Shown here piece by piece: positions 31,519-42,803 of a DNA stretch of 64,000 bases (its first letter is position 1; each line of letters opens with the position of its first letter). The stretch comes from an uncultured Desulfospira sp. GTDB lineage: Bacteria; Desulfobacterota; Desulfobacteria; Desulfobacterales; Desulfobacteraceae. The stretch is from contig OY760175.1 in the NCBI GenBank assembly GCA_963663165.1, positions 2,176,001 through 2,240,000 of the forward strand, in the 5' to 3' direction. The notes under the pieces are model-generated. The model saw only the letters and a list, made by a program, of their open reading frames with translations, was not told the DNA's origin and did not search any database. Both the position numbers and the translations under genes were made by a program.

Positions 31519-32874
31519 TCAAAAAGCACCACCCTGGGACCAGCACGGCTGGGTTTGTTTCCCCCCAAAAGAGAAGAGCCGCCGCTGGTCTGTACCGGCT
31601 GCCGTCATGACAAAAATCTTGGCCACCCCGCCTTCACGGGTGGAAGAAAAAGCAATCAGGCTCCCGTCCGGGGACCAGGTGGGGTCCTCGTTATCTCCCT
31701 GGTTCCGGGTTAACTGAATGGGAACCCCTATCCCGGCATCAAGGTCTGACCCCAGCTTAATTACAAACAAATCAATCTGATTTTTTTCAATGCCCACATA
31801 GGCAATCCGAGACCCGTCCGGGGACCAGGCCGGGGATGTATTATACTTTCCCTGAAACGTCACCCGTCTCACATCGCCGGATGAAAGGTCCTTAACGTAA
31901 ATCTGAGGGGTGCCGCCCCGGTTGGAGGTAAAAGCTATTTTAGTTCCGTCCGGAGAAAATCTTGGGGAAACATTGATCCCATAGCTTTGGGATATCTTTT
32001 TAATAATTTCCCCGGTCCGGGTCAACAGATATATTTCCTGGGACCCTGAAAAGCTCAACGCCGCCGCAAGCTTTAACTGCCCTGGCATCCAGTCAGGGGA
32101 AATGTTCATGCCCTTGTGATTGATCACCGTACCCCGGTTCTCTTTTAAATTTTTAATGTAAATGTCGGGTTTCCCCTTGGCATAAGACACATAGGCCAGC
32201 CATTTTCCATCAAAGGACCAGTCCGGTGAAAGGCAGATACTCTTATGATGGGTGACCTGTTTAACGTCAAACCCGTCAAATTCACAGGTAAAAATCTCTT
32301 TGTGCCCGCTGGCAGTTGAGACAAAGGCGATCTTTGAACTGAACACCCCCCATTTGCCGGTCAGCTTATAAGAAATTTCACTGCAAAACATATGGACCAT
32401 CTTCCGGATCTGGGACTTGGGACCGGTATACACTTTGCCCACCAGCAGTTTGGCATTAAAGGTATCAAACAGCCTTAACTTTAACTTGACCATGCCCTGG
32501 TCATCTTCAATACCGCCGGTAATCAGAAGGTCCGCACCGATGGCTGTCCAGTCTTTGAAATTGATCTGGGAAAGCTGAATCCCGGTTTCCGCCGGATTGG
32601 CCAGGAAGGCTGCCGGGTCCATTATTTTCAAGTATCCGGTAAAACCCAGAGCCTGGGTCATAATGTCCTGGGCTTCTTTCCCGGACTCAATTTCCGTGTC
32701 CAGATCATTAAAGGGTTTGAACCGGGTAACCGCGATGGGGGTTTTATTTAAAAACGGATTATAAATGTTGATATAATCAACTTCTTTTGAAGCCGCCTGA
32801 AACGGAAACCCCAAAATAAGTACAAAAATCCAAAGGAACGCGACGGTCATCACATGTTGAAACGAAGTTTTCAT
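31519..32874 (-). CDS. tolB: Tol-Pal beta-propeller protein TolB
   Basis: TolB N domain plus PD40 repeats (P.WSPDG). Confidence 0.95.
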   Translation of the reverse strand: MKTSFQHVMTVAFLWIFVLILGFPFQAASKEVDYINIYNPFLNKTPIAVTRFKPFNDLDTEIESGKEAQDIMTQALGFTGYLKIMDPAAFLANPAETGIQLSQINFKDWTAIGADLLITGGIEDDQGMVKLKLRLFDTFNAKLLVGKVYTGPKSQIRKMVHMFCSEISYKLTGKWGVFSSKIAFVSTASGHKEIFTCEFDGFDVKQVTHHKSICLSPDWSFDGKWLAYVSYAKGKPDIYIKNLKENRGTVINHKGMNISPDWMPGQLKLAAALSFSGSQEIYLLTRTGEIIKKISQSYGINVSPRFSPDGTKIAFTSNRGGTPQIYVKDLSSGDVRRVTFQGKYNTSPAWSPDGSRIAYVGIEKNQIDLFVIKLGSDLDAGIGVPIQLTRNQGDNEDPTWSPDGSLIAFSSTREGGVAKIFVMTAAGTDQRRLFSFGGKQTQPCWSQGGAF

Positions 32875-33815
32875 TTTAAGCCCTTAGGTGTAAATATCAC
32901 AACAACATCATAAGATTGCATGCCCTGGGGCAGTTCAGGCAGGGGATTTGCCCGTTTAATTGCTTTTTTGGCAGATTCATCCAGGTAACCATTCCCGGAT
33001 TTGGTTTCATATGTAATATCTTGAATCTCACCGTTTTTCAATATTTTGATTAATATTCTCACCTGAAGGTTCTGATCCATCCCGGCCAGAATATCATTAA
33101 ATACCCAGTTTTTTTCTATGGCCAGCTGCAATTCCATCTTATAAAAATCAATGGGCTGATATCCTTTTCTACTGCCCCCTGCCCCGGTATTCGAACCGGT
33201 TCTTGCGCCCTCATTCACAGACTGGCGAAGCCGTTTCAGCGCATCGGCAATCTGCTGATCCTTTTGGCGGTCCACTTTATCGGCAATCCTTTGCCGGGCC
33301 TTGTCCAGGGTTTTTTCTGGGTCAGCTTTGGGTTTAAGCACCTTTTTCGGCTGTTTTTCTTCAGGCTTTTTCTCCTGCTTGGCCATGATTTCTTTTAAAT
33401 TTTTGGGCTTTGCCTTTAAGCTGATATCAGGCTTGATAATGGCTGCCGGTTCCTCAGGTTCAGCCGAAGGCGTGTCCGGGGCAGGGTCTGCCGGAACAGC
33501 CGTCTCAATCTTGGGTTCAGGCGGCTTGGGCAAAACCGGGTCGGGTTCCAGAGCGGAATCCGGGTCCTGGGACGGCGGCAGGGGCGCCATATCCTCAGGC
33601 CCGGCACCAAAGGAGACCAAGTCGACCTGGATGATTTCAGGGGGAACCACCGTGGATTCAAATCCATGAAAAAACATGACCGACACAAAAAACAGCCCAT
33701 GGGTCAGGACAGACAAAAAAAGAAATAAGAGCCAGGCTTTTGCGTCCTGTCCGGCCTCATCCATACCGGCTCCATACGCCTTTGCCCTTTTTTTTAAACC
33801 GGACCGGGGTTCCAT
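32871..33815 (-). CDS. tolA: TolA/TonB-family energy transducer
   Basis: N-terminal TM with SxxxH, Pro/Lys-rich linker, C-terminal SGNGYLDESAKKAI..NPLP; between tolR and tolB. Confidence 0.88.
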   Translation of the reverse strand: MEPRSGLKKRAKAYGAGMDEAGQDAKAWLLFLFLSVLTHGLFFVSVMFFHGFESTVVPPEIIQVDLVSFGAGPEDMAPLPPSQDPDSALEPDPVLPKPPEPKIETAVPADPAPDTPSAEPEEPAAIIKPDISLKAKPKNLKEIMAKQEKKPEEKQPKKVLKPKADPEKTLDKARQRIADKVDRQKDQQIADALKRLRQSVNEGARTGSNTGAGGSRKGYQPIDFYKMELQLAIEKNWVFNDILAGMDQNLQVRILIKILKNGEIQDITYETKSGNGYLDESAKKAIKRANPLPELPQGMQSYDVVVIFTPKGLK

Positions 33816-33824
33816 ACCGCTTAA

Positions 33825-34244
33825 TCAGGAAGCGTCTTCATTGTCCGGGAGGGTAATCATTCCCAGATTTTTAACGCCTGCTTTTTTAATTTTGGACATC
33901 ACGTTGACCACTATGCCGTAGGGCACTTTTTTGTCGGCTTTCAGATAAACGCCGCCGGAATCAAGATTTTCAAGAACCGCCCCAAGCTTTTCCGTTAAAA
34001 AGGCCGCACTGACCTCTTGATCGTTGATATACACCTTAAGGTCCTTATCAATGGAAATGATCAGATGCTCTTTATCGCTTGGGATGGGATCTGAGCTGGC
34101 TTCGGGCAGATCCACATCCACCCCCTGGACCATCATGGGGGCGGCAACCATGAAAATGATTAACAGGACCAGCATAACGTCCACTAAGGGGGTAACGTTT
34201 ATGTCGGCCATAAACTGGTCATTACCGGATCCTAGCTGCATCAT
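33825..34244 (-). CDS. tolR: TolR
   Basis: INVTPLVDVMLVLLIIFM, LKADKKVPYG. Confidence 0.93.
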   Translation of the reverse strand: MMQLGSGNDQFMADINVTPLVDVMLVLLIIFMVAAPMMVQGVDVDLPEASSDPIPSDKEHLIISIDKDLKVYINDQEVSAAFLTEKLGAVLENLDSGGVYLKADKKVPYGIVVNVMSKIKKAGVKNLGMITLPDNEDAS

Positions 34245-34957
34245 GCCTCCGTTTGTTTTTGCAGATCTCTTTCAATGATATTTAAAAGATCGGAAGAAAA
34301 ACTTTCCAGCTCCGAATTGAGTACCCTTATTCTGTCCGTAAAATAGTTGTAGGCAACCACCGAAGGGATGGCCACGGCAAGGCCCGCAGCTGTGGCGACC
34401 AGGGCTTCGGAGATACCGGGGGCCACAACCGCTAAACTGGCTGAGCCGCTGACCCCGATTCCCTGGAAGGTATCCATGATTCCCCATACGGTTCCAAACA
34501 GTCCGATAAAGGGCGCTGTGTTTCCGGCGGTGGCCAGAAACGGGACCATCTGGGTTAACCGCCTTACCTCCACGTTGATGGACCGTCTCAATGTCCGTTT
34601 AATGCTTTCCATGGCATGGAAGGCTGACGTTTGGGTTTTAAGGGTTCTGCCGTCCTTATCTTTGCCGGCTTTGACATCGGATCTGGCCATTTCCATATAG
34701 GAGGTAATGAAAATACGGGCCACCGGGCTGGATCGTAGGGCCTTGGCTTTTGAAAAGGCATCGGCAAGGGTCCGGCACTGCCAGAACACATCCGTAAAAT
34801 CCGAGGATTCCCGGGTTGCCTGTCGAAGATATCTGAATTTAATGAATACGATTGCCCAGGAAATGATGGAGAAAAACAGCAGCAACAGCAGCACCAGTTT
34901 AACCACCGGCCCGGCATTGCTGAGCATGTAAAGCAATTCCATTGTTTCAGTGCCCAT
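34241..34957 (-). CDS. tolQ: TolQ
   Basis: LATAGNTAPFIGLFGTVWGIM, VAPGISEALVATAAGL. Confidence 0.94.
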   Translation of the reverse strand: MGTETMELLYMLSNAGPVVKLVLLLLLFFSIISWAIVFIKFRYLRQATRESSDFTDVFWQCRTLADAFSKAKALRSSPVARIFITSYMEMARSDVKAGKDKDGRTLKTQTSAFHAMESIKRTLRRSINVEVRRLTQMVPFLATAGNTAPFIGLFGTVWGIMDTFQGIGVSGSASLAVVAPGISEALVATAAGLAVAIPSVVAYNYFTDRIRVLNSELESFSSDLLNIIERDLQKQTEA

Positions 34958-35060
34958 AGAAATCCTCTTTCAAGATCCTGTCCTTACAGGGGCGGTAAAG
35001 ATTTACACAAATTTTCACCAATCTAAGTATATGAGCCCAATACCCATGTCAAGGCCAAAT

Positions 35061-35213
35061 GTAACTGTTCATCAGTGCCCCATCTTCGCTCATTCAGGCC
35101 TTCTCACATAGCAAAAGTATGCTACGAAGTCCTGACTAAACAAATATGAAGCACTGATGAACAGTTACGGACCCTGGTTTTTGTTTGTTTTTCAGCATTA
35201 GCTGAATAGTTAC
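35061..35213 (+). mobile_element. MITE family A, copy 2 (153 bp)
   Basis: Near-identical to 22058-22211 with the same termini; no abutting target-site duplication. Confidence 0.82.
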
Positions 35214-35256
35214 AAAATTCTTAAGTTAATGGCATTGAAGGCCAAATTAGAATAAT

Positions 35257-35287
35257 AAAGCCCCTTGAGATGGACTCAAAGGGCTTT
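35257..35287 (-). terminator. Terminator hairpin downstream of groEL
   Basis: AAAGCCC(C)TTGAG ATGGA CTCAAAGGGCTTT inverted repeat. Confidence 0.65.
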
Positions 35288-35339
35288 AAAATATACTAGC
35301 TAAATAAAATGGTTTAGACTATTTTAAACCGGTTTTATC

Positions 35340-37007
<1,668 letters not shown>

Positions 37008-37028
37008 TTAAAGTTATCTTAACGTCAA

Positions 37029-37316
37029 CTATTCAACAATTCCAAGGACATCATCCTGACGAAGGATCAGGTAATCCGTACCGTCAATTTTTACGTCGGT
37101 TCCGCCGTATTTGCTGAACAGAACCCTGTCGCCGACTTTGACATCCATGGGAAGGAGTTTGCCGTCTTCTCCCATACGGCCGTTACCGGTTGCAATGACT
37201 TTGCCTTCTGCAGGTTTTTCTTTGGCTGTATCCGGGATAATAATGCCGCCTTTGGTTTTCTCATCCTCTTCTACGCGCTGAACCAGAATTCTGTCACTCA
37301 GTGGTCTTAAACTCAT
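37029..37316 (-). CDS. groES: Co-chaperonin GroES
   Basis: [39 protein letters not shown]. Confidence 0.99.
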   Translation of the reverse strand: MSLRPLSDRILVQRVEEDEKTKGGIIIPDTAKEKPAEGKVIATGNGRMGEDGKLLPMDVKVGDRVLFSKYGGTDVKIDGTDYLILRQDDVLGIVE

Positions 37317-37388
37317 GATACACTTCTCCTTTTAATATTAATTTTCCATCATTGAATTGTAGAATTAACTTCTAGTTCGGGACAGGGT

Positions 37389-37664
37389 TTATTCAGAGGA
37401 AGACCCCGCCGTTTTAGAAGCAGTATCTTTTGATTCTGTTTTTGCCTTTTCGCTGGACTCAGGTCCTTTGCCAGACCCGGACTTGGCCCCGCCGTAATCC
37501 GTGACATACCATCCCGAGCCCTTTAAATGGAAAGAGCTTTGGGATATCAGTTTTTTAAGGTGGCCCCGGCATTTTGAGCAGGTTTCAAGGGGTGGGTCTG
37601 AAATTTTCTGGAATGCCTCTTCAACTTGTCCGCATTCCGTGCATTGGTACTCATAAACCGGCAT
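37389..37664 (-). CDS. FmdB-family zinc-ribbon regulatory protein
   Basis: MPVYEYQCTECG..CSKC..FHLKGSGWYVTDY; start trimmed. Confidence 0.9.
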   Translation of the reverse strand: MPVYEYQCTECGQVEEAFQKISDPPLETCSKCRGHLKKLISQSSFHLKGSGWYVTDYGGAKSGSGKGPESSEKAKTESKDTASKTAGSSSE

Positions 37665-37767
37665 TGTTTTTCTCCGTTTTTCTTTGATTACCGCTTGAAA
37701 AATCAATTCTAAAATAATAAGTCTTTTTTCCTTGTCAACCCGGGGGCTAAAAATATTTAACCAAAAA

Positions 37768-38301
37768 TTACCCCCCCTTGCCTTCTCTCCATTGTGCATA
37801 AAATTCAAACACTTGATCAAGCCCTTCCATGGCAACAGATCTTAAAATATCATGGCTCAGGCCATGGACTTTCCGTTCTTCATCCATGGTCACGGAAGCC
37901 TCTGACGCGTTCTCGTACCGGTGTTCGAATTTGGAAAACCGGACAATATGAACCAGCTCATGGACCAGAATATATAAAAGAAAGGCGTCCAGGTTCAGGG
38001 TTCTGTCTTTCCCGTGCAGCGAAAGGATGGCCTGATCCTGGAGGCATACGGTATAAAGGTTGTAACTTGAAGAACTTAAAGAGGCATCCTTTTTTCGGCC
38101 CTCGTATTTGACCACCTGGGCAAAGGGTCCGTCCACCCGTTCATGGTCCGCAAGGGTTGCAGCTGTCTTTATATCATACCGGTTTTTAAGCCACTGTCCC
38201 GAGGAAAGCTTAAAATAATTATTGACCAGTTCTTCTGCTAAAAGGACCGCCTTTTCAACCCGCTCAAGTTCAACGGGATTAAAATACAATGGATTTTTCA
38301 T
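37768..38301 (-). CDS. Hypothetical protein with HExxH zinc-metallopeptidase-like motif
   Basis: YILVHELVHIVRF..EE; strong AAGGAGG RBS. Confidence 0.75.
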   Translation of the reverse strand: MKNPLYFNPVELERVEKAVLLAEELVNNYFKLSSGQWLKNRYDIKTAATLADHERVDGPFAQVVKYEGRKKDASLSSSSYNLYTVCLQDQAILSLHGKDRTLNLDAFLLYILVHELVHIVRFSKFEHRYENASEASVTMDEERKVHGLSHDILRSVAMEGLDQVFEFYAQWREGKGG

Positions 38302-38430
38302 GTCCCTCCTTGTTAAAAAAACAGTTCAGAACAAAACAATTGGAAATTCAAATTAACCTATGCTATAGTACTCAGCTAACCAATTTCAAATAAAATCAAA
38401 CAATAGATTTTACAAAAGGAGGTGATTCGT

Positions 38431-38526
38431 TTGGGCAGTGTATTGAAGAAAAGAAGAAAAAAAATGAGAAAGCATAAACACAGAAAACTCCTTGCCAAGA
38501 CCAGACACCAGAGAAAGAAGAAGTAA
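38431..38526 (+). CDS. Small basic AURKAIP1/COX24-domain protein (ribosomal protein bS22-like), 31 aa
   Basis: Below ORF-track cutoff. TTG start after AAGGAGGT; MGSVLKKRRKKMRKHKHRKLLAKTRHQRKKK. Confidence 0.9.
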   Translation: MGSVLKKRRKKMRKHKHRKLLAKTRHQRKKK

Positions 38527-38545
38527 CCGCCTAATCGGTTTAAGG

Positions 38546-38580
38546 GTATTGAGTCTTAAAGTTTTTAACAGACTCAATAC
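38546..38580. terminator. Hairpin between convergent bS22-like gene and hflC
   Basis: GTATTGAGTCT...AGACTCAATAC 11-bp inverted repeat. Confidence 0.55.
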
Positions 38581-38648
38581 TCTAGAACCTTTGCACCGGC
38601 GTAACTTTTTTCCGGCCTGTCCCTTTTGGGCCGGGGGTATGTTATTAC

Positions 38649-39605
38649 CTACTCTACGCCGGATGCCCCTTTCATATATTTCATTAAATCCGAATCTGTT
38701 GAAAGGATTAAAGTGCTGTCCTTTTCAAGGGTCGTCTTGTAAACTTCCAGGGTTTTCAAGAACGCATAAAACTCCGGATCAGCCCCATAGGCATCAGCGT
38801 AAATCCGGGTGGCCTCGGCATCAGCATCACCCTTGATGGACTGGGCTGTTTTATAAGCCTCGGACTTGATTACCTGAAGTTCCTTTTCCTTTTCACCCCG
38901 TATATTACTGGCCTCTCCTTTTCCTTCGGCCCTGAACTTTTCAGCAATCTGATTTCTCTCAGCAATCATTCTGTCGTAAACCGACTGGCGGACACTGTCG
39001 ATATAATTGATCCGTTTGATCTTGACATCAACCAGTTCGATACCGAACTGGTTGAGTTTATCCCTTGCCTGTTCCACAATCTTCCGGGTCAGTTTATCCC
39101 TGCCCAGTGAAATGGTGTAACGGACATGGTCTTTTGCGTTATCATCATCCACACCGATCTCAAATGTATCCATTGGCCGGTCTGTATTCCGTACGCTTTC
39201 GACCAATGGAGACGAGGTCACCAGGTTTCGCGTGGCCGGGTCAATAATATCATCCAGCCGTTTTAACGCCGCAAACTCGTCCTTGACCGTCTGAAAATAA
39301 ACAATCGGATTGCTGATCCGCCACCGGGCGAAGGTATCCACCCAGATATAGGTTTTATCCTTGGTAGGGACCTGGCCTGGATCACCGTCCCATTCCAGTA
39401 AATTTTTAGGGAAAAAATTGGCTTTTTGAATAAAGGGGATCTTAAAATTCAGCCCCGGTTCTTTTACCGGATCACCCACGATTCTTCCAAACTGGGTAAT
39501 CACCACCTGCTGGGTTTCATCCACCACATAGGCTGAATTATATCCCAGGAATGCGAGAACCACTACAGCCACCGCCAAAATCACTTTTGTATTATTATCT
39601 TTCAT
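38649..39605 (-). CDS. hflC: FtsH modulator HflC
   Basis: SPFH domain; VYDRMIAER..AEKFRAEG, IYADAY..DPEFYAFLKTLE.Y. Confidence 0.95.
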   Translation of the reverse strand: MKDNNTKVILAVAVVVLAFLGYNSAYVVDETQQVVITQFGRIVGDPVKEPGLNFKIPFIQKANFFPKNLLEWDGDPGQVPTKDKTYIWVDTFARWRISNPIVYFQTVKDEFAALKRLDDIIDPATRNLVTSSPLVESVRNTDRPMDTFEIGVDDDNAKDHVRYTISLGRDKLTRKIVEQARDKLNQFGIELVDVKIKRINYIDSVRQSVYDRMIAERNQIAEKFRAEGKGEASNIRGEKEKELQVIKSEAYKTAQSIKGDADAEATRIYADAYGADPEFYAFLKTLEVYKTTLEKDSTLILSTDSDLMKYMKGASGVE

Positions 39606-39607
39606 GC

Positions 39608-40693
39608 TTATTCACCCTTTGAAAGGAATTTATCGCTGGAAATTATGGGAGAGTTCTTCAGGTTCAATAACGGCAGCACATTTTTCTGATCCGAATCAAT
39701 GATATATTTGGTGCCGAGTTTGGGAACAATTTGAAGCATGGACTCAAGGTACATTCTCTTTCGGGTGACATCCTTTGCCGTGGCATAAGCTTTATAGATT
39801 GCCGTGAACTTGGCGGCATCACCCTGTGCCCGGTTTACCCGGTCAATGGCGTACCCTTCGGCATCCTTGACCACCCGTTTTGCTTCGCCCCGGGCAAGGG
39901 GAACCGCCTTATTATACTCTTCCCTGGCCTTGTAGATGGTCTGTTCTCTTTCCTGGGTGGCCTGGTTGACCTCATTAAAGGACGCCTGTACCGGCTCAGG
40001 CACATTGGTTTTTTTCATCTCAATGGTAACGATACTGATGCCGGCCTTTGCCTGGTCCATTTCCTTTTGAAGCATTTCCTTTGCGGCCAGTGCAATTTCA
40101 GCCCGCTTGGTGATCACTTCATTGATGCTCCTGTCCCCGACAACCGTTCTCATGGTGGCTTCGGACATATGCCTGAGCAAGGATCTTACATCCTTTACAT
40201 TAAACAAAAATGCCCGGGGATCTGATCTACGGTATTGAACGATCCAGGGGACCACGGCCACGTTCAGATCACCGGTCAGCATTAGTGATGATTCCTGGCG
40301 GGGGGTGTCGGCCGATGCCCGGTAAGTGCTTGAACCTGAATAGGTTTTAAACCCAAACTCTTCGGTTTCAGGGGTTTTGACATTCACTTTGGTGACTTTC
40401 TCAATGCCTGAGGGAAGCTTGAAATTAAGGCCGGGCTGGGCAAGCCGGTTATATTTCCCGAACCGCTGAATGACCCCTACCTCGTTCCGGTCAACGGTAA
40501 AAAAAGTGGATGATCCAAGATAAAAAACAGCCAGAATAATCACCACCACAATAACCCCGGGGAATTTAAAATCCTTGAACTTGTTCATCAGTTCATCCAT
40601 CTGGGGAGGCTTGGGCATCCCGGGTCCGGAGTCTGATTTTTTCTGCTCATACTTTTGCTGATTCTCTCTTAATTTTTCCCAATCCCAATTCAT
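39608..40693 (-). CDS. hflK: FtsH modulator HflK
   Basis: MLTGDLN, VQASFNEV..A, P.ARGEA, A.DVTRKRMYLE. Confidence 0.95.
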   Translation of the reverse strand: MNWDWEKLRENQQKYEQKKSDSGPGMPKPPQMDELMNKFKDFKFPGVIVVVIILAVFYLGSSTFFTVDRNEVGVIQRFGKYNRLAQPGLNFKLPSGIEKVTKVNVKTPETEEFGFKTYSGSSTYRASADTPRQESSLMLTGDLNVAVVPWIVQYRRSDPRAFLFNVKDVRSLLRHMSEATMRTVVGDRSINEVITKRAEIALAAKEMLQKEMDQAKAGISIVTIEMKKTNVPEPVQASFNEVNQATQEREQTIYKAREEYNKAVPLARGEAKRVVKDAEGYAIDRVNRAQGDAAKFTAIYKAYATAKDVTRKRMYLESMLQIVPKLGTKYIIDSDQKNVLPLLNLKNSPIISSDKFLSKGE

Positions 40694-40945
40694 AGAAGCT
40701 TTCCTGTAAGGTCTTTTTTGTAATTCTCATTAGAAACATTAGAAGGCAAAATATACCCTTTTTATAATTATTCAAGGACAAAAGGCAATATTTATTTGGG
40801 GTTTAAAGCCGCAGGCCGGTCTTTTCAAGTTTTTAAGAAAGGCTGTGGTTAACAGCCGGACCGGGGAGAATATAGGGGCAATTTTATTTAGGACGTGGTA
40901 TAAGTTTCGCAACCAATTTATAACGCTTAACTCACAGCAGGGATT

Positions 40946-41260
40946 ATGGATAAAAAAAACGAAAACCTGATCCACATTTCCGATATTCTGGACAAAGCCC
41001 TGGGGAAATTGAGGCCGGATATCCAGACGGACATCACCCGGATATGGGACGTCTGGGACCGTGCCGTTGGGCAGCCCATCGCCATGAATGCCAAACCCGA
41101 ATCCTTTAAAGACGGGGAACTCATGGTCACTGTGTCAAGCTCCTCATGGATTCACCAACTCAAATTTCTTGAGACGGAAATGATCGTGGGCATCAACAAA
41201 GCCATCGGCAAAGACCTGGTGAACAGGATTCGGTTCAAACTTGGAAAAATATACAGCTGA
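40946..41260 (+). CDS. dciA: DUF721/DciA-family protein
   Basis: W..AVG..IA..AKP..F.DG.L.V.V.SS.W..QL..L pattern. Confidence 0.75.
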   Translation: MDKKNENLIHISDILDKALGKLRPDIQTDITRIWDVWDRAVGQPIAMNAKPESFKDGELMVTVSSSSWIHQLKFLETEMIVGINKAIGKDLVNRIRFKLGKIYS

Positions 41261-41945
41261 CCTCCTGATCAAAGATCTGGATATCGCCCAGCCCGAATCC
41301 GGGTACCGGTTTTCAATGGACCCGGTTCTTCTGGCCTCCCATATCCATCCAAAGCCCCATGAAAGGATTCTGGATATCGGGTGCGGATGCGGCGTTATGC
41401 CCCTGATTCTGGCCAGAAATCATTTAAATATTCATGTGATCGGCGTAGAAATTCAAAGGGAACTATCCGCATTTGCCACAACCAATATTAAAAAAAATAA
41501 TCTGGCTCACCAGATCACCCTTTTAAATGAGGATATAAGGGAAATCTTTCCAGCGGATCTTGGCGGTGCGGTGGACAGAATCATCTCCAACCCGCCTTAC
41601 AAAAAAGCAAATTCGGGAAGAATCAACCCGGATCCCCAAAAAGCCATGGCCCGGCATGACATCAGCCTTGATCTGGACACCCTTTTTGCCTGTTCGGCCC
41701 GGCTGCTCAAACCCAAGGGGACCATCACCATTATTTTTCCGGCCGGCAGGCTCCAGGACATTTCAGACCGGATGGGTGCCCATGCCTTCGGACTTGAATG
41801 TCTAAAAAGCATTCATACCAGAAAAGACCGGCCGGCCAAGCTGGTGCTGGTGTCCGGCAGAAAAAATGGCAAACAGCCCTGCCGGATACTCCCTCCCCTG
41901 ATCATCCAAGATCCATCCGGCCGGCACGCCAAAGCGGATTCCTGA
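41241..41945 (+). CDS. tRNA1(Val) A37 N6-methyltransferase-like SAM methyltransferase
   Basis: GYRFSMDPVLLA, LDIGCGCG, SNPPY, ARH. Confidence 0.85.
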   Translation: MEKYTADLLIKDLDIAQPESGYRFSMDPVLLASHIHPKPHERILDIGCGCGVMPLILARNHLNIHVIGVEIQRELSAFATTNIKKNNLAHQITLLNEDIREIFPADLGGAVDRIISNPPYKKANSGRINPDPQKAMARHDISLDLDTLFACSARLLKPKGTITIIFPAGRLQDISDRMGAHAFGLECLKSIHTRKDRPAKLVLVSGRKNGKQPCRILPPLIIQDPSGRHAKADS

Positions 41946-41956
41946 CGCCTTTCCCA

Positions 41957-42136
41957 CAGGGCAATCGCATGTAAAAATAAGTTAAATCTTCAATATCATG
42001 TAGGGATTTAGGCTGAAGACTGAAGGCTGAAGGGGTTTAGGATCGCGCAACCCTTCAGCCTAAACACCTTCAGCCTAATCACCTTTTTTACATACTCACA
42101 TATCAAACAATCGGCAGGTTACATGCGATCACCCTG
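41957..42136. mobile_element. MITE family B (180 bp) with internal GGCTGAA heptamer hairpin
   Basis: 18-bp TIRs CAGGGCAATCGCATGTAA / TTACATGCGATCACCCTG (2 mismatches); flanks GCCTTTCCCA / GCCTTTGCCA (9 of 10 identical). Confidence 0.7.
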
Positions 42137-42202
42137 GCCTTTGCCAGGATAAGTCTTGACAGAACCCCCAAAAGATACTATTTTGCCCTGGATTTAATTT
42201 TC

Positions 42203-42294
42203 GGAGAGGTGACCGAGATGGCTGAAGGTGCACGCCTGGAAAGCGTGTGTATCCTAACCGGGTACCCGGGGTTCGAATCCCCGCCTCTCCGCCA
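42203..42294 (+). tRNA. tRNA-Ser (GGA)
   Basis: Acceptor GGAGAGG/CCTCTCC, anticodon arm CACGC-CTGGAAA-GCGTG, long variable arm, GGTTCGAATCC, encoded CCA. Confidence 0.97.
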
Positions 42295-42305
42295 CTTAAA
42301 CATTA

Positions 42306-42337
42306 GAGCCCGGGGGAATTTCCCCCGGGCTTTTTTT
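42306..42337 (+). terminator. Rho-independent terminator of tRNA-Ser
   Basis: AGCCCGGGGGAA T TTCCCCCGGGCT followed by T-tract. Confidence 0.9.
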
Positions 42338-42506
42338 GTTTGAGCATATTGGGCAGGCAAACCGGCGGACTTTTGTTAACATAAATGATAAATTGGTAAC
42401 CTTAGGATCATATTCAGGTTAACCTGTCATGGTAATATCCAAACCAAGAAAGACACAAACAGATTATCAAGTCCTTTGTTCATCTTTCTTTCTTTTCCTT
42501 TTTGTG

Positions 42507-42537
42507 CGGGCCGTCATCGGGACGGCCCGTTTTTTTT
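42507..42537 (+). terminator. Orphan Rho-independent terminator (possible sRNA 3' end)
   Basis: CGGGCCGTC ATCGG GACGGCCCG followed by 8 T; no credible upstream CDS. Confidence 0.75.
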
Positions 42538-42564
42538 ACCGGTTTTTTTGCCCTTTAACATACG

Positions 42565-42727
42565 CCCCTCTGTGCAGTTTGGCGAAAGCCAAACCTCGGT
42601 GTCCTCTGTGGTTTAAAAACATGAAATCCCGAAGGGGTTGAATGATCCTTCTTTAACCTCCTGGTTTTATAAATTGTGGGCTTCGCCCACGCTTTAATTT
42701 TAACCACAGAGGGGCACAGAGAAACAC
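42565..42727. repeat. REP-like inverted repeats of the ACCACAGAG type
   Basis: GTGTCCTCTGTGGTTTAAAA and TTTTAACCACAGAGGGGCACAGAG in inverted orientation. Confidence 0.55.
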
Positions 42728-42803
42728 TTTAGTTTCAGTGCTGCGCACTGAAATTTTATATGAAAGACCCAGCAACCTGTTGGGTGCTTTCAATATTTGT
42801 TGT

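Noticed and set aside
35051..35247. AAGGCCAAAT direct repeat around MITE A copy 2 as a target duplication
   Set aside because: The right copy lies 24 bp beyond the element end, so it is not a clean duplication; may be chance or later rearrangement.
42353..42400. c-di-GMP-I riboswitch suggested by GGCAAACC (also CGGCAAAC at 30731)
   Set aside because: The GAAA-capped stem and the following CGCAAAGC..GGTCTAA elements are missing.
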